DNA of 64,000 nucleotides from Acidimicrobiia bacterium. GTDB lineage: Bacteria; Actinomycetota; Acidimicrobiia; Acidimicrobiales; JACDCH01. A program made the translations under genes and the position numbers. Shown one piece after another: positions 15,680 to 23,876 of this stretch; the stretch's first letter is position 1, and each line of letters opens with the position of its first letter. The notes beneath the pieces were generated by a model. The model saw only the letters and a program-made list of their open reading frames with translations. It was not told where the DNA came from and did no database searches. Location of the stretch: NCBI GenBank assembly GCA_052387955.1, contig JBQTIQ010000011.1, positions 3,602 to 67,601 of the forward strand, given 5' to 3'.

Positions 15680-18193
15680 ATGGGCACCGACCGCACGATC
15701 CTGGTCGTCGGCCACGGCATGGTCGGCCACCGGTTCCTCGAAGCCGCGGTCGAGGCCGGCCTGCACCTCGCCCATCACATCGTCGTGGTGGGCGAGGAAC
15801 CCCGGCCCGCCTATGACCGCGTCCACCTGTCCTCGTTGTTCGACGGGATGTCCGCCGACGACCTGCGCCTGGGCTCGCCGACCTTCGCCGCAGAGCACGG
15901 CATCGAGGTGCGTTCGAACGAGGTCGTCGTCGCTCTCGACACCGCGGGCCGCCGCGCCACCACCTCCGCCGGTGCCGTGCTCCTTTACCACGAGTGCGTC
16001 CTGGCCACCGGGTCGTACCCGTTCGTTCCCCCCGTCCCCGGTATCGAAGCCGCCGGCAGCTTCGTCTACCGCACCATCGAAGACCTCGACGCCATCCGGG
16101 CCTGGTCCACCGGCTGCCGCACCGGGGTCGTGGTCGGCGGGGGCCTCCTCGGGCTGGAGGCGGCCAACGCGTTGCGGCTGCTCGGCCTCGACACCACCGT
16201 CGTCGAGTTCGCCCCCCGCCTCATGGCGGTCCAGCTCGACGACGGCGGCGGACGGGCCCTACGCCGCCACGTCGAGGCGCTCGGCCTGCACGTCATCACC
16301 TCGGCCGGCGCCAGCGCGGTGCTGACCACCCCCGACGGCCGGGTCGAAGGGCTGCGCTTCGCGGAGACCTGCGACCGGCCCGACCTCGCCGCCGACATCG
16401 TGGTGTTCGCCGCCGGCATCCGCCCTCGCGACGAGCTGGCCCGCCAGGCCGGCCTCGAGGTGGGCGAACGGGGCGGCGTGGTCATCGACGACCGGGGCGC
16501 GACCTCGGCCGCCGGCGTGTGGGCCATCGGCGAGGTCGCGGCCCACGCCGGCCGCTGCTACGGCCTCGTCGCCCCTGGCTACAAGATGGCCGAGGTCGTC
16601 GCCGACCGCCTCGCCGGCGGCACCGCCACCTTCGAGGGCGCCGACACCAGCACCACGCTCAAGCTTCTCGGCGTCGACGTCGCGGTGGCCGGTGACCCTC
16701 ACGGCGCCGGCGACGAGGTGGTCTTCGCCGACCCGGTCGCCGGCGTCTACAAGAAGCTGGTCCTGGGCCCCGACGGCGCCATCACCGGCGCGGTGCTGGT
16801 CGGCGACGTCTCCGCCTACCCCGCCCTGGTGCAGTACTGCCGGGGCACGCTGGCATCCCCGGCCGCCCCCGCCGCCCTGGTCGCACCGGCGGGCTCGGGC
16901 GTGGCGCTGCCCGGGCCGGCCGACCTGCCCGACGAAGCGACGATCTGCTCCTGCCACAACGTGACCTGCGGGGCCATCCGCTCGGCGGTCAGTGCCGGCG
17001 CCGAGACGCCGGTGGCGGTGGGCGCCGCCACCAAGGCGGGCACCGGCTGCGGGAGCTGCGTCCCCCTGGTCTCCGAGATGGTCGACGCCGGCCTCGCCGC
17101 CGCCGGCAGGACCGTGATCGTCCGGTTGTGCGAGCACTTCGCCATGAGCCGCCAGGAGCTCTTCGACGTGGTGCGCGTCACCGGCATCCGCACCTTCGCC
17201 GAACTGGTCGGGCGCCACGGCAATGGGCGGGGCTGCGCCATCTGCAAGCCGGCGGTGGCGTCGATGTTCGCGTCGCTGGCATCGGGCCACGTGCTCGACG
17301 GCGAGCAGGCGTCGCTGCAGGACACCAACGACCACTTCCTGGCCAACCTCCAACGGGACGGCACGTACTCGGTGGTGCCCCGGGTGCCCGCCGGTGAGAT
17401 CACCCCCGACGGCCTCATCGCCATCGGTGAGATCGCCCGTGATTTCGACCTGTACACGAAGATCACCGGCGGCCAGCGCATCGACATGTTCGGTGCCCGC
17501 GTCGAACAGCTGCCCGAGATCTGGCGCCGCCTCATCGGCGCCGGATTCGAGTCGGGCCACGCCTACGGCAAGGCGCTCAGGACGGTCAAGTCATGTGTCG
17601 GCTCCACCTGGTGCCGGTTCGGGGTGCAGGACTCGGTACAGCTGGCGATCGACCTCGAGCTCCGTTACCGGGGCCTACGAGCGCCCCACAAGATCAAGTT
17701 GGCGGCGTCGGGCTGCGCCCGGGAATGTGCCGAAGCGCAGAGCAAGGACGTCGGTGTCATCGCCACCGAGCGGGGCTGGAACCTCTACGTCGGCGGCAAC
17801 GGCGGCATGCGCCCGGTCCACGCCCAGCTCCTCGCCGAGGACCTCGACACCGAGACCCTCTTCCGCTTCGTCGACCGGTTCCTCGCCTACTACATCCGTA
17901 CCGCCGACCGCCTCGAGCGCACCGCCACCTGGCTGCGCAAGCTGCCCGGCGGCGTCGCCCAGGTCAAGCGGGTGGTCGTGGACGATGCCCTCGGGATCGG
18001 GGCCGACCTCGAAGCCGACATCGCCCGCCATGTCGAGAGCTACGAGTGCGAGTGGAAGGCGACCCTCGACGACCCGATGCGCCTCGCCCGTTTCGCCACC
18101 TTCGTCAACAGCGACGAGGGCGACCCCACCCTGGCCTACGTGCGGGTGCGGGGCCAACGCCAGCCCGTGGAGATCGTGGGAGCCCGGCCATGA
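15680..18193 (+). CDS. nirB: NAD(P)H-dependent nitrite reductase large subunit
   Basis: 837 aa. N-terminal FAD/NAD Rossmann folds (VVGHGMVGHRF), BFD-like 2Fe-2S Cys pairs, and a sirohaem/4Fe-4S C-terminal domain (SCVGSTWCRFG, ASGCARECAEA). Confidence 0.95.
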   Translation: MGTDRTILVVGHGMVGHRFLEAAVEAGLHLAHHIVVVGEEPRPAYDRVHLSSLFDGMSADDLRLGSPTFAAEHGIEVRSNEVVVALDTAGRRATTSAGAVLLYHECVLATGSYPFVPPVPGIEAAGSFVYRTIEDLDAIRAWSTGCRTGVVVGGGLLGLEAANALRLLGLDTTVVEFAPRLMAVQLDDGGGRALRRHVEALGLHVITSAGASAVLTTPDGRVEGLRFAETCDRPDLAADIVVFAAGIRPRDELARQAGLEVGERGGVVIDDRGATSAAGVWAIGEVAAHAGRCYGLVAPGYKMAEVVADRLAGGTATFEGADTSTTLKLLGVDVAVAGDPHGAGDEVVFADPVAGVYKKLVLGPDGAITGAVLVGDVSAYPALVQYCRGTLASPAAPAALVAPAGSGVALPGPADLPDEATICSCHNVTCGAIRSAVSAGAETPVAVGAATKAGTGCGSCVPLVSEMVDAGLAAAGRTVIVRLCEHFAMSRQELFDVVRVTGIRTFAELVGRHGNGRGCAICKPAVASMFASLASGHVLDGEQASLQDTNDHFLANLQRDGTYSVVPRVPAGEITPDGLIAIGEIARDFDLYTKITGGQRIDMFGARVEQLPEIWRRLIGAGFESGHAYGKALRTVKSCVGSTWCRFGVQDSVQLAIDLELRYRGLRAPHKIKLAASGCARECAEAQSKDVGVIATERGWNLYVGGNGGMRPVHAQLLAEDLDTETLFRFVDRFLAYYIRTADRLERTATWLRKLPGGVAQVKRVVVDDALGIGADLEADIARHVESYECEWKATLDDPMRLARFATFVNSDEGDPTLAYVRVRGQRQPVEIVGARP

Positions 18194-18224
18194 AGCTCCG
18201 TTCCCGGACCGATGGAGAGCACCG

Positions 18225-18599
18225 ATGACCCTGATCGAAGCACGCACGGCGTGGGTCGAGGTGTGCAGCCTCGGACAGCTGACCCCGGACCGGGGCGTCG
18301 CTGCCCTCGTCGGAGGCGAGCAAGTGGCGGTGTTCCACCTCTCGACCGGCGAGGTCTTCGCCCTCGGGAACCGCGACCCCTTCTCGGGGGTCAACGCGCT
18401 CAGCCGGGGCATCGTCGGCGACGCCGGCGGCGTGCCGATGGTGGCCTCGCCGGTCTACAAACAGCGCTTCGACCTGCGCACCGGCGTATGCGTCGACGAC
18501 GAGGCGGTAGCCGTACCGGTCTACCCCGTCCGGCTCCGCTCCGAGACTGTCGAGGTCGCGTTGCTGGCTGCGTTCCCCGGCCACGCAGGCCGCTCGTGA
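18225..18599 (+). CDS. nirD: Nitrite reductase small subunit
   Basis: ATG 18225 within track ORF 17223..18599. Rieske-like fold sequence (VAVFHL...ALGNRDPFSGVNALSRGIVGD...VASPVYKQRFDLRTG). Confidence 0.9.
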   Translation: MTLIEARTAWVEVCSLGQLTPDRGVAALVGGEQVAVFHLSTGEVFALGNRDPFSGVNALSRGIVGDAGGVPMVASPVYKQRFDLRTGVCVDDEAVAVPVYPVRLRSETVEVALLAAFPGHAGRS

Positions 18600-18663
18600 C
18601 CGCACCTCCGCTGGCGCTCCGGCGCTCGCACCGGCGCTCGCACCGGCGGGACCAGGGGCGGGC

Positions 18664-20142
18664 ATGACGCTGCTCGAGCCGCTGGCGCTGGAGTCGACAC
18701 CGGTCACGATCGGGCGGGCGCCGACGCCGGCTCTCGGCCGGAACAAGACCGGCATCGGTGAGAACGGCCCGGACCTGCTGCCTCTCGACGCCGGCGAGCA
18801 GTACCGCTTCGGGTTCTCAATGGAGTCCTGCATCGGGTGCCACTCCTGTGAGGTGGCCTGTGCCGAACAGAACGGGCTGCCGGCCGGGACCGCCTGGCGG
18901 CGGGTGGGCGAGATCGAGGGGGGCCAGCATCCCGACACCCGCCGCTGGCACCTGTCGATGTCGTGCAACCACTGTCTCGACCCCGCCTGCCTCGACGGCT
19001 GCCCGACCAAGGCCTACGAGAAGCTGCCCAACGGCATCGTCGAGCATCATGCCGACGACTGCATCGGATGCCAGTACTGCACCTGGAAATGCCCGTACTC
19101 GGTGCCGGTGTTCCAGCCCGACCGGCGCATCGTCACCAAGTGCGACCTGTGCGCTCCCCGCCTGGGCGCCGGGCTCAAGCCGGCCTGTGTGGACGCCTGC
19201 CCGACGCACGCCATCACCGTCGAGAAGGTGAACGTGGCCGAGTGGCGGGCCGATCACCGCGCCGGCGACGCCCCCGAGCTCCCCTCCGCCGACATCACCT
19301 TGTCGACCACCCGGATCGAGCTCCCCCGGGACCTGCCCGCCGACGCTGCCGCCGCCAGCGACTGGGACCTGCGCCCCGAGCACCCGCACTGGCCGCTGGT
19401 GTGGCTCACGCTGCTCACCCAGGCCGCGGTCGGGACCAGCGCCACCGGCCGCTACACCGGCTCGGGCCCGGTGGCCATCGCCGCCGCCCTCCTCGCCGGT
19501 ATCGGCCTGGCCGGTTCGCTGCTGCACCTGGGCCGCCCCGCCCTGGCCTGGAAGGCACTCCGCAACCTGCGCCGCTCGTGGCTGTCACGGGAGGTGGCCC
19601 TGTTCGGCGCCTACGCCGCGGTGGCCGCCCTCAACGGCGCCGTCGTCATCTTCGCCGGCGAGCCTTCGCCCGGTCTGGGGACGGCCGCCACCGCCATTGG
19701 GCTGGCCGGCGTCTACGCCTCCGGCCGGCTCTACGTGGTGCCGGGGCGCCCGGCGTGGGACACGCCCATCACCATCGGCGCCTTCCTCGCCACCGGTGCC
19801 GTCCTCGGCCCGATGATGGCGGGCCAGCCCGCCATCTCGGTCGGCGCGGTCGGGTTCCAGCTCCTTCTCCTGGGCGCCAACCTGGCTCGGTTGAGCCGGC
19901 GCCGGGACCGGGCCTGGCGGGGGACGGTGCACCTCTACCTCCACCGGTTCGGCCGGGCGACATCGATGCGGGTGCTCCTGGCGCTGGGCGGCGCCGCCCT
20001 CGCCCTGGTCGGGAACCCCCTGGCGACCCTCGCCGCGGTGGTGGCGGTGGCCATTGCCGAGCTCCTGGGGCGGTGGCTGTTCTACGTCACGGTGGTGCCG
20101 CTCAACATGCCCGGCAGCTTCTGGCGGCAGGGGGCGCGTTGA
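18664..20142 (+). CDS. Fused 4x[4Fe-4S] ferredoxin (DmsB/NrfC-like) and DmsC-like 8-TM membrane-anchor protein
   Basis: Four cluster motifs: CIGCHSCEVAC, CNHCLDPACLDGCP, CIGCQYCTWKCP, CDLC...CVDACP. These are followed by about 8 TM helices with LHLGRPALAWKALRNLRRSWLSREV, a DmsC/YnfH-like signature. Confidence 0.8.
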   Translation: MTLLEPLALESTPVTIGRAPTPALGRNKTGIGENGPDLLPLDAGEQYRFGFSMESCIGCHSCEVACAEQNGLPAGTAWRRVGEIEGGQHPDTRRWHLSMSCNHCLDPACLDGCPTKAYEKLPNGIVEHHADDCIGCQYCTWKCPYSVPVFQPDRRIVTKCDLCAPRLGAGLKPACVDACPTHAITVEKVNVAEWRADHRAGDAPELPSADITLSTTRIELPRDLPADAAAASDWDLRPEHPHWPLVWLTLLTQAAVGTSATGRYTGSGPVAIAAALLAGIGLAGSLLHLGRPALAWKALRNLRRSWLSREVALFGAYAAVAALNGAVVIFAGEPSPGLGTAATAIGLAGVYASGRLYVVPGRPAWDTPITIGAFLATGAVLGPMMAGQPAISVGAVGFQLLLLGANLARLSRRRDRAWRGTVHLYLHRFGRATSMRVLLALGGAALALVGNPLATLAAVVAVAIAELLGRWLFYVTVVPLNMPGSFWRQGAR

Positions 20143-22460
20143 AGTCGCCGAGGGCCAGGGCGACGGCGCAGGCGGCGGCCCGCAAGCCTGCCCTCAAGCC
20201 GCTGAACGACTTGATGCCCCGGGGCATCCCCCGGCCCAACCAGCGCCAGCGGTTGGCGGCCAAGGTGGCCGAACACGCCGAGCGCTACAAGATCGGCCGC
20301 TTCCTGGGACTCGACCACGGCGAGGAGAGGTACCACTTCGGCCGCGACGACGTCTTCGGCCCCATGCATGCGGCCAAGGTCCCCGACCGGTGGGTCAAGA
20401 CGACCTGCGGCTACTGTTCGGTCGGGTGCGGGATGCTGGTGGGCATCCGCAAGGGCGAGGCAGTGACGGTCCGCGGCGATCCCGACCACCCCGTGAACCG
20501 TGGCCGCCTGTGCCCCAAGGGTTGCTCCGAGCACCTCACGTTGCGCGCCCCGGGGCGGCTGACCGAACCGCTGGTCGACGGCCAGCCGGCGACCTGGGAC
20601 GCCGCCCTCGACCGGATGGTCACCGGGTTCCGAGACCTCGTCGACCGCTACGGGCCCGAGTCGGTGGCGGTCCTGTCGACCGGCCAGCTGGTGACCGAGG
20701 AGTTTTACGCGCTGGGCAAGTTGGTGCGCCTCGGCATGGGCCTGGCCCACTTCGACGGCAACACCACGCTGTGCATGGCCAGCGCGGTGTCGGGCTACAA
20801 GCTCAGCTTCGGCACCGACGGCCCACCCGGCTGCTACGAGGACCTCGACCTGGCCGACGTGGTGGTGCTGTGGGGCGCCAACATCGCCGACAACCATCCG
20901 CTCCTCGCCCCCCGGGTGCTCGACAACCAACGGGAACGGGGTGCGACGGTGATCGTCGTCGACCCCCGGGTGACCAAGACAGCCCAGTTCGCCGACCTGC
21001 ACCTGCCGGTCAAGCCCCGTACCGACGTCATCCTGCTCAACGGGCTCATCAAGCTCCTCGTCGACGAGGGCTACGTCGACCTCGATGCGGCCCGGGCCCA
21101 CGTGGAGGGCCTCGACGCCCTGCTCGAGCACGTCCAGCAGTACCCCCTCGAACGGGTGGCCGAGGAATGCGGCCTGCCGGCCCCCGACGTGATGGCCATG
21201 GCTCGCGCCATCGGGCAGGCCGGGGCGGCCACCGTGGCCTGGACGATGGGCGTCAACCATTCGGTGCAGGGGACCGAGACCGTCACGCTGCTCAACACCC
21301 TGTGCGTACTCACCGGCAACGTCGGCCGTCCCGGGGCGGCACCGTTCTCGATCACCGGCCAGTGCAACGCCATGGGCACCCGGGAGTCGGGCTTCACCGC
21401 CTCGATGCCCGGCTACCGCGCCTTCGACGACCCGGCGCACCGGGCCGAGCTGGCGGCGTTGTGGGGCATCGACGAGTCCCGCCTCCCCACCGAGCGGGGC
21501 CGGGCCTATCCCGACATCGTCAACGCCATCGCCAGTGGCCGCATCAAAGGCCTGTGGGTGATCGGCACCAACCCGGTCGTGTCCTTCCCCAATCGCGAGA
21601 CGCTCGAGTTCGCCCTCGGGCGCCTCGAGCTGCTGGTGGTCCAGGACGGCTTCGAGACGCCCACCACCGAGCGCGCCGACGTGGTGCTGCCCGCGGCGAT
21701 CTGGGGGGAGAAGAGCGGCACCTTCACCAACAGCGAGCGGCGAGCCAGCCCGGTGCGGGCGGCCGTGGGCCCCATCGGCAAGGCCCGCACCGATTTCCGC
21801 ATCTTCCTCGACGTCGCCGAGCGGTGGGGCTGTCGAGACGAGCTGTTCCGGGACTGGACGACGCCGCGGCATGCCTGGGACGAGTGGCGCACGGTCTCCG
21901 CCGGGCGCCCCTGCGACTACAGCGGCGCTTCGTGGGAGCGGATCGAGGCGGCCGGCGGCGTGCAGTGGCCCTGCCCGGCCGACGACGCCGACCTCGCGCT
22001 CGGGGGTACCCCCCGCCTCTACACCGACCTGCGGTTCAACCGCCCCGACGGCCGGGCCGCGCTCCGGGTGGTCGCGCCGGCGCCCTTCACCGACGAGCCC
22101 GGACGCGACTTCCCGTTCGTGCTCAACACCGGCCGCACCGTCGAGCACTGGCACACCCGGACGAAGACCGGGCGCATCCCCATCCTCGAGGCCATGGCTC
22201 CCGAAGCGTGGGTCGAGATCAACCCGGGCGACGCCGCCGCGCTCGGAGTCCGCTCCGGCGACCTGGTCCGCATGGTGTCCGAGCGGGGCGCGGTGGACCG
22301 CATCCGGGCCCGGGTGACGGCCATCGTGCGCCGGGGCGAGGTCTTCGTCCCCTTCCACTGGGACGAACGGTGCGCCAACCGCCTCACCAACGACGAGTTC
22401 GACCCGATCAGCCGCGAACCCAACTACAAGCAGTGCGCCGTACGGGTCGAGAAGGTGTGA
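20139..22460 (+). CDS. Molybdopterin oxidoreductase, assimilatory nitrate reductase (NasA/NarB-like)
   Basis: N-terminal 4Fe-4S CGYCSVGCG...CPKG, MGD-binding blocks, and a C-terminal FVPFHWDE..ANRLTN..DPISREPNYKQCAV. The start is either TTG 20139 (TTGA overlap with the upstream stop) or ATG 20214. No Tat signal. Confidence 0.85.
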   Translation: MKSPRARATAQAAARKPALKPLNDLMPRGIPRPNQRQRLAAKVAEHAERYKIGRFLGLDHGEERYHFGRDDVFGPMHAAKVPDRWVKTTCGYCSVGCGMLVGIRKGEAVTVRGDPDHPVNRGRLCPKGCSEHLTLRAPGRLTEPLVDGQPATWDAALDRMVTGFRDLVDRYGPESVAVLSTGQLVTEEFYALGKLVRLGMGLAHFDGNTTLCMASAVSGYKLSFGTDGPPGCYEDLDLADVVVLWGANIADNHPLLAPRVLDNQRERGATVIVVDPRVTKTAQFADLHLPVKPRTDVILLNGLIKLLVDEGYVDLDAARAHVEGLDALLEHVQQYPLERVAEECGLPAPDVMAMARAIGQAGAATVAWTMGVNHSVQGTETVTLLNTLCVLTGNVGRPGAAPFSITGQCNAMGTRESGFTASMPGYRAFDDPAHRAELAALWGIDESRLPTERGRAYPDIVNAIASGRIKGLWVIGTNPVVSFPNRETLEFALGRLELLVVQDGFETPTTERADVVLPAAIWGEKSGTFTNSERRASPVRAAVGPIGKARTDFRIFLDVAERWGCRDELFRDWTTPRHAWDEWRTVSAGRPCDYSGASWERIEAAGGVQWPCPADDADLALGGTPRLYTDLRFNRPDGRAALRVVAPAPFTDEPGRDFPFVLNTGRTVEHWHTRTKTGRIPILEAMAPEAWVEINPGDAAALGVRSGDLVRMVSERGAVDRIRARVTAIVRRGEVFVPFHWDERCANRLTNDEFDPISREPNYKQCAVRVEKV

Positions 22461-22537
22461 CCGCAGAGGGAGAACTTCCCGTCCAGCGGACATCGGCCGG
22501 AAACGACCGCGACACATCGCGGCGCGATGGTCCTCGG

Positions 22538-23731
22538 GTGCGAACGAAAGGAGCGCTTCAGGGCGACGACGCCAAGCCCAGCGCCCCGGGTGGCGACGGA
22601 GCTCAGCCGCCCAGAGACACGGCGACGGCGTCGCTCGCCGGCTTCACGGTCGGGATCACCGCCGACCGGCGGTGGGACGAACAGGCCGCCCTCTTCGAGC
22701 GTCGGGGGGCGTCGGTCCAGCACGGGCCGACCATCCGGACCGGTCCTCTCCCCGGCGACGGCCAGCTCCGGGACGTCACCGAGTCGATCATCTCCCAGCC
22801 CCCCGACGTGCTGGTGGCCAACACCGGCATCGGGATCCGTTCCTGGTTCTCGGCCGCCGAGAGCTGGGGACTCGACGCCGAGCTGCTCCGGGCGCTGTCG
22901 GCGGCCACCATCCATGCCCGCGGCCCGAAAGCGTCGGCTGCGGTCGTGGCCGTCGGCCTACCGGTCGCCAGCCGGGCCGGTACCGAACGCCTGCGCGAGG
23001 CGATCGACCTCGTCCTCGAGGACGCCCCGGCGCCAGGCACGGTGGTCGCCGTCCAGCTCGACGGCAGCGGCGCCAGCGACGAGGTCGGGCGCCTGCGGGC
23101 GGCCGGGGTCGTCGTGGTCGAGGTGCCGCCCTACGTGTGGACGATGCCGGCCGACCCCAGACCGGCATTGCGCCTGGCCGACGCCGTCATCAGCGGACGC
23201 GTCCACGCGGTGACGTTCACGGCCGGGCCGGCAGCACGCAACTTGCTGGCGCTGGCCGACGAGCACGGCCGTCGCGACGAGTTGGTCGACGCCCTCGCCG
23301 GCATCGTCGTCGGCTGCGTCGGGCCGGTGTGCGCCGAGGCCGCCCGCGACGCCGGCATCTCCCCCGCAGCCGTGGTCGTGCCGGCCCGGGCCCGTCTGGG
23401 GCCCCTGGTACGGGCCGTGGGTGACGCCCTCGAAGCCCGGGAGGTCCACGTGCCCTCCGGGGCCGGCCGCCTCACGCTGCGGGGCACCAGGCTCCAGTCC
23501 GACGACCACGAGGTCGACCTCACCGACGTCGAGGCCCGCCTCTTCGCGGCCCTCGCCCGCCGGCCCGGCGCCGTCCTGTCCAAGCCCGCCCTGTTGCGGG
23601 AAGTGTGGGGCGACGCCGGCGGCGACCCCCATGTCGTCGAGGTCACCGTGTCGCGGCTCCGCCGGCGCCTGGGCCCCCATGGCCGGGTGGTTACCGCGGT
23701 GCCCCGCCGCGGCTACATGCTCCAGACCTGA
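22538..23731 (+). CDS. nnaR: HemD-like domain fused to OmpR-type winged helix (NnaR-type nitrate/nitrite assimilation regulator)
   Basis: Frame of track ORF 20054..23731. Uroporphyrinogen-III-synthase-like body plus a C-terminal trans_reg_C segment (EARLFAALARRPGAVLSKPALLREVWG...VEVTVSRLRRRLG). The start is uncertain; GTG 22538 is the only classical start after the nasA stop. Confidence 0.75.
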   Translation: MRTKGALQGDDAKPSAPGGDGAQPPRDTATASLAGFTVGITADRRWDEQAALFERRGASVQHGPTIRTGPLPGDGQLRDVTESIISQPPDVLVANTGIGIRSWFSAAESWGLDAELLRALSAATIHARGPKASAAVVAVGLPVASRAGTERLREAIDLVLEDAPAPGTVVAVQLDGSGASDEVGRLRAAGVVVVEVPPYVWTMPADPRPALRLADAVISGRVHAVTFTAGPAARNLLALADEHGRRDELVDALAGIVVGCVGPVCAEAARDAGISPAAVVVPARARLGPLVRAVGDALEAREVHVPSGAGRLTLRGTRLQSDDHEVDLTDVEARLFAALARRPGAVLSKPALLREVWGDAGGDPHVVEVTVSRLRRRLGPHGRVVTAVPRRGYMLQT

Positions 23732-23800
23732 CGCCTTTCGCCCCGGCCCGGTCCGGCCGATCCGCCTGCGTCGCGGCCCGCCCCAACCTGGGCCGGACGC

Positions 23801-23851
23801 GCTTCTGGCGCCGGCCAGGCCGCATGTGCGGCACGGACCGACGCCAGAAGC
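23801..23851. terminator. Nested hairpins in a convergent gap
   Basis: GCTTCTGGCG...CGCCAGAAGC is a 10-bp perfect stem enclosing the palindrome GCCGCATGTGCGGC. It lies between the nnaR stop and the stop of the repeat-protein gene. Confidence 0.3.
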
Positions 23852-23876
23852 AGGCGTTCTTCGCCTTAGGGGCTCG

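Noticed and set aside
18620-18643. Tandem 12-mer CGGCGCTCGCAC x2 between nirD and the FeS-anchor gene, as a regulatory repeat.
   Set aside because: There are only two copies of a low-complexity GC motif within a 64-nt gap, and I have no supporting context.
20139-20300. Twin-arginine signal on the NasA-like N-terminal extension (Arg-rich SPRARATAQAAARKP...).
   Set aside because: There is no S/T-R-R-x-F-L-K motif and no hydrophobic h-region or cleavage site. I treat the enzyme as cytoplasmic.
22527-23213. ATG-initiated ORF 22527..23213 as the gene downstream of nasA.
   Set aside because: Its translation is Ser/Pro/Arg shadow sequence. The overlapping frame (from GTG 22538) encodes a coherent HemD-like domain plus an OmpR winged helix.
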